A stretch of DNA of 64,000 nt from Eledone cirrhosa (taxonomy: Eukaryota). Location: positions 9,046 through 73,045 of the forward strand of contig CAXHJY010001403.1 in assembly GCA_964016885.1 (NCBI GenBank), given 5' to 3'. Positions 36,997-56,500 of the stretch are shown one piece after another; within the stretch, counting starts at the first letter, position 1, and each line of letters opens with the position of its first letter. A program made the translations under genes and the position numbers. The notes beneath the pieces are model-generated. The model was given only the letters and a program-made list of their open reading frames with translations. It made no database searches and was not told the origin of the DNA.

Positions 36997-37947
36997 AGAC
37001 ATGAAAAATGCGCAAGCTCAAAAGTGCCACAGAATGTTATAATAAACCTTCAAAAGTGTGGGACTAGAGTTGTTGCTAAAAAATATTGTAATCATTATAT
37101 ATCGTACATTCTGTGGCATCCTTTATAAAAATAGCTTAAACCAACGAAGCCTTTATTTTTACGCTATTTCACTTAGTTAATTCTTAGAGTGTAACATATA
37201 AAAATAAATACATCTATGTTTAATGTAATAACAGCTATAAATAATTACGTAATATTATTATCATATACTCATAGTAACAAAATAATTGTGTTGAAAATTA
37301 ATATGATGCTTATATGAACGATCAAATCTATAATGATAATTTCTTAAATATACTAATAGTAAAATAATTTAGTTATCTATTGTTACATTTTCATAGAACT
37401 ATAATATTAACAATCGTATTGCATTATCAAATTTTTATCACTACAAACTTTCATATTGGAATTACCTTAAGCCACTTATTATTACTTCGCTTTCGTACTT
37501 TTACAGCTGTAGATATTGCGCTGTATCTTATATCTAATATCAATATTTCATGGTAATTTGCATGCAGTGTAAAATAGGTTTATTAATAACTTTAATATGA
37601 AATGTATTATACAGGGCTGCGGAGTCGGCCAAAAATTGACTGGCTCCAACTCAGGATCCGATACTCCATTATTTCCTAAATTTCAGCTCCGCAGCTCTGT
37701 TATTATATTAATTAATTTATTTTATAGTTGTAAATCATATTTTTATATGTTACACTCTAAGAATTAACTAAGTGAAATAGCGTAAAAATAAAGGCTTCGT
37801 TGGTTTAAGCTATTTTTATAAAGGATGCCACAGAATGTACGATATATAATGATTACAATATTTTTTAGCAACAACTCTAGTCCCACACTTTTGAAGGTTT
37901 ATTATAACATTCTGTGGCACTTTTGAGCTTGCGCATTTTTCATGTCT
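36997..37947. repeat. ~210-bp apparently perfect inverted repeats enclosing a ~530-bp AT-rich spacer (foldback/MITE-like)
   Basis: 36997-37206 is the reverse complement of 37738-37947. Confidence 0.88.
37612..37699. mobile_element. 88-bp hAT-like MITE
   Basis: TIRs CAGGGCTGCGGAG / CTCCGCAGCTCTG; flanks GTATTATA and TTATTATA (7/8 match, candidate 8-bp TSD). Confidence 0.65.
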
Positions 37948-37999
37948 TACATATATGTATATATATATACATATATGTATATATATATATACATATATG

Positions 38000-38113
<114 letters not shown>

Positions 38114-38225
38114 ATGTAGGAGGTGAGTTTTATTGTAGTACAATAAAGCAATGCAGATATCGGATAAGAAGCACTCTACAGTTTGTAGGACTGGAGTATA
38201 CATAATATATATTATATAATATATA
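38114..38225. repeat. ~100-bp module duplicated at 39077-39185, embedded in (TA)n
   Basis: ATGTAGGAGGTGAGTTTTATTG...GGACTGGAGTATACATAATATAT occurs at both sites. Confidence 0.85.
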
Positions 38226-38259
38226 TTATATAATATATATTATGTATATATATATATAT

Positions 38260-38308
<49 letters not shown>

Positions 38309-38540
38309 CATATATATATGTATATATATATATGTATATATATATATGTATATATATATATGTATATATATATAAATATATGTATATATATATATAAATA
38401 TATGTATATATATATATAAATATTTGTATATATATGTATATATATATATATATATATACATATATTTATATATATATACATATATTTATATATATATACA
38501 TATATTTATATATATATACATATATGTATATATATATACA

Positions 38541-38602
<62 letters not shown>

Positions 38603-39000
38603 AATAATGGAGCTGCGGCGTTGCAAATGGGTTACATATGAAAAAGTAAGTCCTTCGTCAGTGGCCTTCCAACCGTCCTAGGCATTTCATCACTTTAAAG
38701 GCCATATGCCTCAGGTTGGTGCGAACAACGGCTAAAAAAAGTCGTTGGGAGACGTAAATAAAGGGGACGCTAGGGTGAACAAACAAAATGGTTTAAGCAA
38801 CAGAAAGTGAGAAGAAAGATACCTATATATATATATAAATACATATATATATATATTCATTAGTTAAGCAAAACAAAACCACAAAGCAAAACAAAACAAA
38901 ACCACATATACACATATATGTATATATATATATACATATATGTATATATATATATACATATATGTATATATATATACATATATGTATATATATATATACA

Positions 39001-39054
<54 letters not shown>

Positions 39055-39193
39055 TGTATATATATGTATATATATAATGTAGGAGGTGAGTTTTATTGTA
39101 GTACAATAAAGCAATGCAGATATCGGATAAGAAGCACTCTACAGTTTGTAGGACTGGAGTATACATAATATATATTATATAATATATATTATG

Positions 39194-39257
<64 letters not shown>

Positions 39258-39320
39258 TATATGTATATGTATATATATGTATATATATATATGTGTATAT
39301 ATACGTATATACACATATAC

Positions 39321-41387
39321 AAAAAAAATCAACAAGCTGAAATACTGTCAGCAGCAACACATCAACTTGACTGCCATTTCATCACTAGAGATTAAAAAAC
39401 ATAACCTCCAAAACAACATAATGTCCCTCATCAACAATCAGAGAAGAGCTGAAGAGGCCTGGGCCATTGAGAAGATCAAACTCAATCCCAAAGTGTTCTT
39501 TTCATTTGCAAAAAAACACAAAATCACTGGCTCTACTGTTGGCCCTCTAATTGATGAAAATGGCACTCTTCAAGACAATGCTAAAACCTTGGGTGAGATA
39601 CTGCAGAAACAATACTGCTCTGTTTTCAGCAATCCTGATATGGCCGATCTGGGCTGTATCGGCGATGTTACTCCCCATTACACCTTATCGGACATAACGT
39701 TTGGCGCCCCTGATGTCTTGGCGGCAATAAAGGAAATCAAGCATAATTCAGCAGTAGGTCCCGATAGGTTCCCTGCTTGTGTCTTGAAGGCGTGTCAACA
39801 CCAACTTGCATCTCCTCTTGCCAATCTGTGGCGGAACTCACTGGATGCTGGATATGTGCCAGAAAACCTTCTATCCCAGTCTGTTGTCCCAGTTTTCAAA
39901 AAGGGAAACAAATCCCTTGCCGTGAATTACCGTCCAATCTCACTCACCTCTCATATCATTAAGGTATTTGAGCGAGTGGTGAGATCGCGAATGACCCACT
40001 TCCTTGAGAGTAACAATATGCTGAACTCCAACCAGCATGGATTCCGTAATGGAAGGGATTGCCTGACGCAGCTACTGCATCACTTTGATGACATTTTGAG
40101 AGCCTTGGGAGAGGGTTCCAACACTGATGTTATCTACCTTGATTTCAGCAAGGCCTTTGACAGGGTTGATCATAACATTCTACTGAGAAAGCTGTCCAAT
40201 ATTGGTGTCACTGGAAAGCTGCTGCAGTGGATCAAGAGCTTCCTGTCAAACAGAACCCAACATGTTGTAGTTGAGGGAGTCAAATCAAGCCCAGCCAAAG
40301 TCAGTAGTGGGGTCCCACAAGGCACTGTGTTGGGCCCACTTCTCTTCATCATCTATATTAATGACATCACTGACATCATCAAACACAGCAACATTAAAAT
40401 TTTCGCTGATGATTCCAAGCTCCAAAAGGTCATCAATGGCGTGGATGACCGGATAAGCCTTCAGTCAGACCTACTGGCTGTTACCCAATGGGCAGAAAAG
40501 AACAACATGTTACTGAACGAAGACAAATTCGAACTGATCCACTTTGGAAAAGAGGATGCTCTGAAACTCCCGTACTCCCTTCCCTCCGGGGAAACTCTCG
40601 TGGCATCTAACAACATCAGAGACTTGGGAGTAACCGTGGACAGCAACATAAGCTGGACCACGCATATAAGCAGCAAAGTTGACATGGCCCGCAGAATGTG
40701 TTCCTGGATCCTCAGAACCTTCCAGTCGAGAGATTCCCGCACCATTATCCTTCTCTTCTCTACTTTCGCCCGACCACACCTTGAATACTGTTGTCCACTG
40801 TGGTCTCCCCACACGAAACAAAGTATCATGAAACTTGAAGCTCCTCAAAGGGCAATCACGAAAAAGATAGATGGCATGTCAGACCTTGACTACTGGGGTC
40901 GATTAGAAAACCTGAAACTTTACTCACTCCAACGTCGCCGTGAGCGTTATATTATCTGCATGATGTGGAAAATGTTCCATCATCACTGCCCAAATGATGT
41001 TGGCATCGCCTTCAAGATACACCCAAGGCTTGGGCCCCTTGCTATCCGTCCCATTCAAAAATTTAAATCGCAACTCATAACAACAATACGGCACAATTAT
41101 TTCACCTCAATCGGCCCTGCTCTCTTCAACATCACACCAGGACACGTCAAAACAGAAACTGACCACACAAAATTCAAGAAGTCTTTGGACAAATTCCTCC
41201 AAGTAATCCCGGACAAACCACCCACACCCGGATATGTCTCCGCAAACAGTAATTCTCTTCTCGAATGGGCCATAGTGCCCAAATCCTGAATTGAAAGACT
41301 TCGCCAGGTGGTGCTATTAAGTTAGACATGGCCTGGGCCAATACTGGCCAAAACATTTCAAAGTTATTCAAAGTTATTCAAAGTTAT
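39321..41387 (+). mobile_element. 5'-truncated CR1-group LINE (family 1), open RT ORF to 41289, (TTCAAAGTTA)3 tail
   Basis: Motifs AVGPDRFP, NYRPISLTS, QHGF, DFSKAFD, GVPQG, FADD; nearly identical to 7867-9274. Confidence 0.94.
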
Positions 41388-42529
<1,142 letters not shown>

Positions 42530-42572
42530 GATATTAAATAAATGGAAACTATATTTATAAAACCATATTTAT

Positions 42573-42632
42573 TTCATTATATATATTTCAGGGATATCAT
42601 ATTAACAATATGTTATGCCTTCTTCAGACAAA
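42573..42632 (-). ncRNA. Candidate type I hammerhead (family I) in a pLTR-like fragment spanning 42529-42776
   Basis: Reverse complement reads TTTGT-CTGAAGA-AGG...CCT-GAAAT-ATAT-ATA-ATGAA; helix I needs G-U pairs. Confidence 0.55.
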
Positions 42633-42776
42633 ATACAATATAGACAGTTTTATAAATAAATAGATCTGACATACCGTTCAACATCGACTTGTATTTGAAA
42701 AGTTGATTTGGCAGTGAAAAATTGTAAACAGAAAGAAAGAAAGAAAGAAGGAAAGAAAGAAAGAAAACGAAGAAAG

Positions 42777-45700
42777 ACGTCATGCAAGTCTCGCAGATGC
42801 CTCGGCAGCCTGTTGAAGAGTTGAGGGCCCTTGAATCCTAGGCTATTGCAATACCTGCTCCTTATTCTAGATGTGGAAGACGGGACCTTTGGCACCACAC
42901 AGTGACGTCCTGTTCGACGGTTGGTCCAGCTCCCAATGCCAAAGTTTGGTGCTAGTCCCTCCAGGATTTTCCACATGTAGATCACTGCGTATCTCTCCCG
43001 TCTTCGCTCCAAGGAGTAGAGGTTCAGTTCCTTCAGCCTCTCCCAGTAGCTTGTCTCCCTCATCTTGGCAATCCTCTTGGTGCAGCTTCGCTGGATTGCC
43101 TCAAGCTCTGTGGTTAGTTTGACACTATGGGGTGACCACAGCTGGGAGCAGTAGTCCAGGCGGCTTAGGACAAAAGTCCTCCACAGTGTCAACATGGTGT
43201 CTCGATCTCTTGTAAGGAAAGTCCTCAAGATCCAGCCAGCGAATCGTCTACATGCTGTCGCCACCTTCATGATGTGTGAAGAAAAAGATGCATCATCGCT
43301 CATGTCTATGCCCAGGTCTCGTATCGATTTTGACACGGGGATATCGGTCCCTCCTGGTCCTGTGTAGCTGTGTTCCGCTATATTTGTGTTTGTGTTTGCA
43401 GGTTTGTATTGTAGGGCTTGGAATTTGCCAGCATTAAACTGCATGTTGTTTTCTTCCGCCCATCTGTATATGGCATCCAGATCCTGCTGTAAGAGGGCAG
43501 CGTCAGCCGGGTTTTTGATTGCCTGTGCTACCTTAGTGTCATCAGCATAGCTAGTGAGGGATGTTGTTGCATGCACCACAGAGGGCATGTCCGAGAGAGC
43601 CACCAAAAACAGTAGTGGTCCCAGGACTGTCCCCTGAGGCACCCCACTTGTTATCGGTGTTTCCCTCGAGAGGGCCCCATTTGCTGCGACTGCCTGGCTT
43701 CTGTCCCTCAGGAAGCCATGCAGCCACTCACCTACTTTTCCAGTTATGCCGAGTCCGTGTAGTTTGTGACATATCATTCCGTGGTCGACCTTGTCAAAGG
43801 CCTTCGCAAAGTCAAGATATATCACGTCTACATGTGAGCTGTCTAGTAGCTGTCTCAGTACCCAGTCGTAGTGATGTAGCAGCTGTGTAAGGCAGCTTCT
43901 TCCTGGGCGGAAGCCATGTTGCGTGCTAGTCAGGCGGTCATTTTCTTCGAGGAAAGTGATTAGTTTCTTTCTGACGACTCGCTCCATGACCTTACTGATA
44001 TGCGACGTCAGGGAGACTGGCCTATAGTTCTTGGCCTCCGCTCTACTACCTCCTTTATGGATAGGGCATATTGTGCCTTCTTTCAGCTCCCTGGGTAGTA
44101 CACCGCTAGCCAAGGAGCTTCTGAAGAGCATCTTCAGTGGAGTTGCTAAGGCCCGCTTACATATTTTTAGGAGAACTGCTGGGAATCCATCAGGTCCAGC
44201 AGCCGAGTCTGTTCTAATTTCATCAATGGCGTACACCACATCCTCCTCCGTTATGTCTATGTGGTTGATGGTTGCCATTTCTTCATGTAGTGTTGTGGCA
44301 TCAAAGAACTCCTCTGGATTCGTTATTTGCATGTGCCTCAGTGGACATGTGAACACACTTTTGTACTGTTCGTTCAGTATTTCACATATCTCTTGGGGAT
44401 TTTCAGTTAATGAACCGTCCGTGTGGAAGAGTGGTCCAATCTTGCAGTGTACTGAGGCAGTTTCTTTTGCAAATTTAAAGAAGGCCTTAGGGTTTGTTTT
44501 AATGTTTTCTATGGCCCTGTTCTCTTTCCTTGCCCTCTCATTCTCATGTGAAAACTTGAGTGCAATCTCGGTGTCAAGTAGTGCACGTTTCAAATAGGAT
44601 TCCTTCTTGTTTTGGTTTTGTTGACTATTCAACTGGTTTGAGAGTTTAGTTCTACGTCTCATAAGGATTTTCCTATCTCTGGGAATAAGATTTTTGTGTC
44701 TGTTTGCCTCTTTCTCCGGGACACACTTTTTGCATATGGTGTGTATCGTTGTCATGAAGTGTTGAAATTGTGTGTTAGTGTCTTGTGTGGCGATGTTTGC
44801 ACTCCATGTTTGCTTCCGGATTTCACTCTTAATCTTCTTTCAGTCAGCCCGTAGAAGTTAAGGCTGGATAGCGTCCCGGAGCTTCTTGGTGGTTTTGTCT
44901 CTGTTGGTTCTCTTGGACCACATATCATTAGCTCTACCAAGTTATGATCCGAGAGAATTGTTGGTGTCACCTTTACATTGTGGATGAGCACTTCGTTGTT
45001 TGTAAAATAGAGGTCCAGGACATTTTCGCCTCTTGTTGGGAGGAGTATTGCTTGCTCCATGAACAGCCTGTGTGTGAGGGCCAGCAGGGATTCCGTCTGT
45101 CTCTGTTCTATTGACGTCATTCCAGGGAGGAGGTGGCCCTCAGGCCATTTGACCTTTGGTAGGTTGAAGTCTCCCAGCAGTAGGATGTTGAGACCCTGGT
45201 CCAGTTTGTCAAGGACCTCTTCTATCCTACTTAGGCTATCCTCAAATTTACCCTCATGACTGGGGGCATCGGGCGGCCGATATGTGACACATATTACCGT
45301 CTGTAGTTGCTTCATATGTATTATCAGTGTGTCACAGACTGAGTTTGAATGTGTCAACAGTACAATTGGTGTGACATCTTCACGGATATACAGAGCAACC
45401 CCACCATGAGTTCTCTCCTTCCTGTCCGAACGAAATACAGTATATTTCGGTATATGTATTTCTGCATCAGCTATACTGCTTGTCAGGTGCGTTTCGGTTA
45501 GTGCCATGCATAGTGCTTGATTGCTTATGGCTAAGTCTCCCAGGTAGGAAATTTTACTCATGTTGCTGAGTTTCACCAGGCCCCTGACATTCAGCAGCAG
45601 CACTGGTGTGACTTTTGGGGTGCCAGTAATGGCTGTCGGTATGACACCTGGTCTGGTGTCAGCGGCGGCGACTCTGGGTCCCTTAACTGCGGTGGTCTCG

Positions 45701-46022
45701 AGTGCTGGTGTGGATGACCCTGGCTCTGGAGACGATGCAGCCAGGTCAGCTGTCCCACAATCTTCTCTGCCATCACTATAAAATTTTCTGATCTGCTGCT
45801 GCCATCTGTATCTCGTCGGCATGTGCGTGCCTTCTCCTTGTTGGTGCAGCACGCGTGACATCAGCATACTTCTGGAGCGGCTTATTTCGGCTTAGGCTGG
45901 GGCATGTTGCGCGAGTATGATGGGCATAGTTCGTTTGAGACCTAGGGTGGGCGAATCTGCATCCCATCCCTGTCTCTCCATGCCAGCATGTCCCGTTCTT
46001 GAAAAACTTGCACATTACTTGG
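42777..46022 (-). mobile_element. CR1-group LINE (family 2): CCCH finger, APE endonuclease and RT; frameshifted; 3' end missing
   Basis: [23 protein letters not shown]; APE motifs LNVRG, LTETHL, GGVALY, YRPP, GDFN, LDL, SDH; RT motifs AAGPDG, NYRPVSL, DFAKAFD, GVPQG, YADD. Confidence 0.93.
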
Positions 46023-48861
<2,839 letters not shown>

Positions 48862-49038
48862 AAGAATGGAAATACTAGAGTGTGTTGGAGTTAAACACCC
48901 TCTTCGTATTATAGAAATGACAGTATAGGTATAGCTCAATGTAATTAAACAGAGCCGAAGAATTATGAATTAATAGGACGAAACATTGTTGGCTAATAAA
49001 GACTTTTGATGTATTGAAGGCTTCTTTGGTTTATCTTC

Positions 49039-49041
<3 letters not shown>
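48862..49041. mobile_element. pLTR-like fragment with the 3' half of a hammerhead
   Basis: GGAC-GAAAC-ATT-GTT-GGC at 48976-48993; the upstream part resembles 53420-53515 (AGCTCAATGT...AGAGCCG). Confidence 0.5.
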
Positions 49042-49118
<77 letters not shown>

Positions 49119-49171
49119 ATGTATATATGTATATATATTTATATATATATATATATGTATATATGTATATA

Positions 49172-49218
<47 letters not shown>

Positions 49219-49492
49219 ATATATTTATATATATATATATATATGTAAATATATGTATATATATATATACATATATGTATATATATATATATACGTATAT
49301 GTATATATATATATACATATATACATATATTATATATATATACATATATGTATATATATATATACATATATGTATATATATATATACATATATGTATATA
49401 TATATATACATATATGTATATATATATATACATATATGTATATATACATATATGTATATATATACATATATGTATATATATATATATATACA

Positions 49493-49579
<87 letters not shown>

Positions 49580-49755
49580 TTCAAGAGTAACCAATCTTAA
49601 AGAGAGAGATGGAGATAGGAGAGGAGATAGGAGAGGAGAGATTGGTGAATTAGTTAGAAGCCAAAGCGTAAAGGCATGTGCTCAGTGTGCAATATGCAGT
49701 AGAAAGCAGCTAGGTGGCTCGGTTCATGCAGAAGTTAGGTGCGCAGAGCTGGAAA

Positions 49756-50108
49756 TATTCATTAGTTAAGCAAAACAAGACCACAAATTTCACAAGGAAG
49801 ACATTATTAAAATATTGTCAACATATTTAGTTTGATATAAGGAATGTAGAGAATAATAATAATAATAATATTAATAATAATAATGCCCGTTCACAATTGT
49901 TTCGCTACTCCGTATAATATTTTTTGGATCAGATGACTATGTATCATAATTGATTGGTTCAGTTGAAAATAATTAACATATTTAAAAAAACAGAGTAGCT
50001 CATCGGAACTCAAAGGAATATAAATTAAAATAATGTTAGATAATATAATGTTCAATATATTAGTTTTTACTATTGTGTCCTTGTTTCATCAGCTGTCAGC
50101 CATAATCA
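49756..50108 (-). mobile_element. Family F copy with a hammerhead at 49889-50009 (GTG triplet, likely inactive)
   Basis: Reverse complement reads GTT-CCGATGA-GCTACTC...GAGTAGC-GAAAC-AATT-GTG-AAC. Confidence 0.78.
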
Positions 50109-50116
50109 TATATATA

Positions 50117-50561
50117 TGCATGCTACTGTACGTCTGTATACATATATGTATGTACGTATACACACATACTTACATTTCAGTAAGTGCCGTACTAAGAGTG
50201 AGAAATGAAATTTCGTTTTCATTTTATTTCAACTTATCGTTTTCGGTATGCCTGACCGACTTGACTCACTCGATATGCAACTTAGGCTGCTCGGCCGTTA
50301 ATTTTCATAAGGAAAGTATATACTTTCGAACGTTCAACTATCTGGCAGAAGGGTATACGGTGCTGATGATAGCTAACAAGCTTGAAACTAGTACATCGTT
50401 CCTGTGTCAGTGTTGAACAAAAAAAAAATGGTGATGTGGTTGCCTTAACACCGTACGACATAAAATTCAGGGCGTTCAGTTTGTTTACAAACGAACAAAG
50501 CGGCGTTATAACCAGCGTCCGCTAAACTGATGCGTGCATATATGTATGTGTACCTGTATGT

Positions 50562-50612
<51 letters not shown>

Positions 50613-50666
50613 TGCTACTGTATGTCTGTATACATATATGTATGTACGTATACACACATACTTACA
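50117..50666 (+). mobile_element. Family A copy: one unit plus terminal redundancy; intact hammerhead at 50359-50397
   Basis: GGTG-CTGATGA-TAGCTAACAAGCTT-GAAAC-TA-GTA-CATC; GCATGCTACTGTA repeats at 50118 and 50610. Confidence 0.87.
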
Positions 50667-50748
50667 TATATATATATATGTATATATATATATATGTATA
50701 TATGTATATATGTATATATGTATATACATATATACATATATATATATG

Positions 50749-50846
<98 letters not shown>

Positions 50847-51429
50847 CTTGCCTATTTTGTAATGGGTAACCTCTGGTTGCCTATGGAGACGTAAGATCTT
50901 CTTTTACACTTTTTTTTATCGATCCAGTATCTCTTTCTTCTTTTTCCCTTTTTCCCTTTTCTCCCTTTTTCCTGTATTAATTTTCCGTTCTTTATTTTTA
51001 ATTCGTACGACTTTTCATGTAGCTTGTATAAGACATTTTGTTTCGTGGCGGTACCCTTAGAGTTAGCACCAGTATTTTTTTTTTTGCGGGACCCTGAATT
51101 ATATTCTCGTACTAGTCTACTTTCTTGCACTGGGTGGTTGCTGGCCCGGTGTTTGGGGTAGAAACCGTTATTTATTTATTTTTTTCGTGGTGGTCTCTGT
51201 AGTATTCCGACCCCCACCTCTGTTGACCCGTCACCGTACGATACTCGCACTTATACCCCGCTTAAGGGTCCCTTTATCTCCGTCACACCTAGGTTTTTTT
51301 TCTATCATTATCATTTGTTTTCTTATTCTTTTTATTCTACATTATATATATATATATATTTTTTTTTTAAAATCTATCTATCCATCCTTTTACTCACTTA
51401 TTTGTTTATTTACTCATTTATGTTTTTCT

Positions 51430-51685
51430 TGTGGAATATTATTTACGTATTTCTTATTTACTTATGTGGAATATTACTTATGTATTTTTTATTTACTTAT
51501 GTGGAATATTATTTACGTATTTCTTATTTACTTATGTGGAATATTACTTATGTATTTCTTATTTACTTATGTGGAATATTATTTACGTATTTCTTATTTA
51601 CTTATGTCGAATATTATTCATGTATTTCTTATTTACTTATGTGGAATATTATTTTTGTATTTCTTATTTACTTATTTATGTATTT
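51430..51685. repeat. 35-bp minisatellite, about 7 copies
   Basis: Unit TGTGGAATATTATTTACGTATTTCTTATTTACTTA. Confidence 0.9.
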
Positions 51686-52019
51686 CTTCAGCCTAGCAAT
51701 AGCGAGAGAATTAAGTCTTAGTAACCAGATTCTGCTTATATTTCTTTTCTCTCTCAGTACCTTTTACAGTTTTACATTTTCATCGTTCTACTTACCGTTT
51801 TGACCTCCTCCCCCACCCTCTCCCAGGCGTCCTCTTTGACCTCACACCCAGCTGTAGCTGGCACCACCAACGCATGGATGGGTCTACTCCTCCCCCTCTC
51901 CCCTTTTCTCCTACTGGCAGGTTTGGCTACCTCCCCCACTAACTTGCCATCGCAGAATTACTACTACCTTGCAGGATGACCAATCCTGGTGATTATCTCT
52001 TTGACCATATATGGAATTG

Positions 52020-52112
52020 CCCCTTGACAAGTTCGGCTATTTAAATACCAGAACTGATTTTTCATTCTGTACAGAATTAGCCGCCGAAACGGCTTGAGCT
52101 CAGCCGTCGGGG
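52020..52112 (+). ncRNA. Type I hammerhead, family J, U3-A8 core, stable helix III
   Basis: CCCC-TTGACAA-GTTCGGCTA...TAGCCGCC-GAAAC-GGCT-TGAGCTC-AGCC-GTC-GGGG. Confidence 0.82.
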
Positions 52113-52125
52113 TCTTACTTACTCC

Positions 52126-53419
<1,294 letters not shown>

Positions 53420-54885
53420 TAGTATGCTAGGGAAAGGATCAGGGGTGTATAACACTCCACTTATCCAGCAGGCAGTATGAGGTTAGCTCAATGTCTGAGG
53501 AGAGAGCCGTAATATAATAAATAAATAACAAAGAACGCTTATAGCATATGCATATCTTTACTTGCTAACATTGTTTCATCCACACTATAAGTGGGACTCA
53601 TCAGAGCATAAAGGTTAATTACATACCATACTTGCCGAATCCCACTCTATTATATTTGCTAAATGCCCTCTACTAAATAGAAAGTCTGAAATTTTTTCCT
53701 CTTGCCCCCACCGAATATTAAGCTCTTTCTTCTACTTTAAACCTGTTAGCTAGCACGTCCTTATTCCTCCAGTTGGGCTGTCTTGTGTAACTGTCTCTGA
53801 CTGAGTGTAACTGTCTCCTAATGTTGGTCGTCTATGTATACGAGTCTATGAATGTATACGTATGCCTGTGGGAGGATATTGATCTTGATATTGGGGTGTG
53901 CAGGGGAGTGTATGTTAATAAGCACCCCTGTTTGGTACAGTGGATGTAACCCATCCACGCTGGCCTACCCACCATTAGTGCATTGGTGGACCTATCCTGA
54001 CGTATATCTTGTTGATCTGTACCTCTGTATGCGCATGAGTTGTGATGTAATGTATTTATGTAAAGCGTGTACTGTGATTTAGGCTGCACTAGTAGAAATT
54101 TAGCCTGTAACTGTGGCGGACCCGAGCCATCCTGCCGTAAGCAGTGGATACGTGGCGCATATATGTGTTGCCCTCATATTCTGTGGTTCAAGATCTACAG
54201 GCTGACCTCTGGGAACTCTTACCCGGGGTTGTAGTCTTTCTAGCACGATCGGCCTTCCTTATATTGACGGTCGTTTTTATGATCCCGAAAGTAACGTTTT
54301 GGCCCCGATGGCCCTCCGTAGTTACTAACGGTCTGTGTACACTCGAATCGGTCAATGGCACGTGCAGACATGAATATCTCCGTAGGATTTCAACTTTATT
54401 TTAATACATCTCATCGTATGTATTTGTTTTGAATATATTACCTGTGGTGGTGGGTCTGATCTAATGTGGTATTTCGGTGTTTAATATTTAATATTGTATT
54501 TAATATCGTATTTAATATCGGCTTTGACCCGGGTGTCCTACGCTGTGTGTGTGTGCGTGTGTGCCCGTGTATACATTTATATGTGTATGGGTGTAGGTGG
54601 TTATATGTGTCTGTGTGTATATATAAAAAAAAATATATATATATATATGTATACCGTCTCTGCATGTGCATGTGGTGTGTATACGTGCATATACGTACTG
54701 AACATATTGATGTGTACAATCTTGTGATGTCCCAATGCGGTGACTTAATGGCTCTTGAAGCTATCTTTTTATATTTTGTATGCGCTACAACTGTATCTGC
54801 TTGCTTTAACCTCACGCTTGCTAATGTATGTGAATTCTTCTACCTCCTTTGATGCACCTCTCTGACCATTTGACTCCTGCCCGTG

Positions 54886-55255
54886 TTGAACCGGTTTGTG
54901 ATTACCCCACCGCTCGAGTGATACTGGTGACTGTGACACTTAGCGCCTTCGTGGGCCCCTGATGTTTTCAAGAAATATATTTTAAAAAAATTGGTGTGTG
55001 AACCGGTTTGTGATTACCCCACCGCTCAACTGTGTGAATGCACACCCATGACTTTCGAGTGAACTTTCGAGACTGCCCAACCTGGGACGCCTCCATTGCC
55101 TTGCAATGGTCAAGTGATACTGGTGACTGTGACACTTAGTGCCTTCGTGGGCCCCTGATGTTTTCAAGAAATATGTTTTGAAAAATTGGTCAAGTGATAC
55201 ACATAACTGTGACATTTAGTGCCTTCGTGGGCCCCTGATATATTCAAGAGATATA
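54886..55255 (+). repeat. Internal direct repeats in the PLE 3' UTR
   Basis: AGTGATACTGGTGACTGTGACACTTAG...GCCTTCGTGGGCCCCTGAT three times; TGAACCGGTTTGTGATTACCCCACCGCTC twice. Confidence 0.85.
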
Positions 55256-55355
55256 TTCTAAAAAAATATATATCTTATCTCAATTTACTTTATTTCATTT
55301 TATTTTATTTCATTTCATGTTATCTAATTTTATTTATTTACTTACTTGACTCCAT

Positions 55356-55398
<43 letters not shown>

Positions 55399-55467
55399 TA
55401 TTTAAATTTAGATTTTAATTTTAAAATTTTAAAATTTAAATTTTAATTTTATTTATTTATTTAATTT

Positions 55468-55499
<32 letters not shown>

Positions 55500-56098
55500 T
55501 CACATCACATTTAATTACATTTAATTATACATATAATTATAATTACACATTTGATTTTAATTTTAATTTAGTCTATGTTATTTGATTTTAGTTTACCTTA
55601 TTTTATCTTATTTTACGATTATACTATATTATGTTCTATGTATATAATTTTTAATTTTTAATTGTATATTATTTTATCTCATTCCTTACCCTATATTTTA
55701 TATTTTATATGTAAGTTTGTTATGTATTTCTTTGTATTTCTTTTTATATATATTATAAGTCTGTTTTTTACCTATTTTTTACCTATTTTTTACCTACTCT
55801 TACCTAATCCCATTATCTTATCTACTCTTGTCTGTTCTCTTATCCATGTGTCTACTCTTGTCTGTTCTCTTATCCATGTGTATGCTTGTATGTAACTATA
55901 TGTTGACAGCACACCGCCCAACTGTGACAGATAGCACCCCTTATTTTTATTTTTATTTTTATTTTTATTTTTTACTTTTATTTTTATTTTTATTTTTTAT
56001 TTTTATTTTTTATTCTTATCCTCTATCGTCTATTATTACCTTTCATTCTTCAATGTCTTGGATTTGTTATTGCTTGTATGGTATGTAATTAACCTTTA

Positions 56099-56144
56099 TG
56101 CTCTGATGAGTCCCACTTATAGTGTGGATGAAACAATGTTAGCA
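56099..56144 (+). ncRNA. Type I hammerhead, family K; mirror copy at 53563-53608 (-)
   Basis: TGCT-CTGATGA-GTCCCACTTATAGTGTGGAT-GAAAC-AAT-GTT-AGCA. Confidence 0.83.
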
Positions 56145-56220
56145 AGTAAAGATATGCATATGCTATAAGCGTTCTTTGTTATTTATTTATTATATATATA
56201 TATATATATATGTGTATATA

Positions 56221-56375
<155 letters not shown>

Positions 56376-56500
56376 GTGTATATATATATATATGTATATA
56401 TATGTATATATATATATATGTATATATATGTATATATATATATATGTATATATATGTATATATATATATATATGTATATATATGTATATATATATATATA

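Larger units (their letters stand above)
50846..52125 (+). mobile_element. Family J ~1.2-kb non-coding element with a 3' hammerhead
   Basis: 51000-52115 is homologous to the reverse complement of 60111-60860; flanked by (TA)n. Confidence 0.8.
53420..56192 (+). mobile_element. 5'-truncated PLE: inverted pLTR (53420-53630), ORF C-terminus (53631-53753), 2.4-kb 3' UTR and pLTR
   Basis: 53631-53753 translates as LAESHSIIFAKCPLLNRKSEIFSSCPHRILSSFFYFKPVS*, matching the end of the 27868 PLE protein. 53515-53630 is the reverse complement of about 56076-56192. Confidence 0.85.

Noticed and set aside
42871-45781. Plus-strand ORFs overlapping the LINE (and antisense ORFs over the other RTs)
   Set aside because: Shadow ORFs of the opposite-strand coding sequence.
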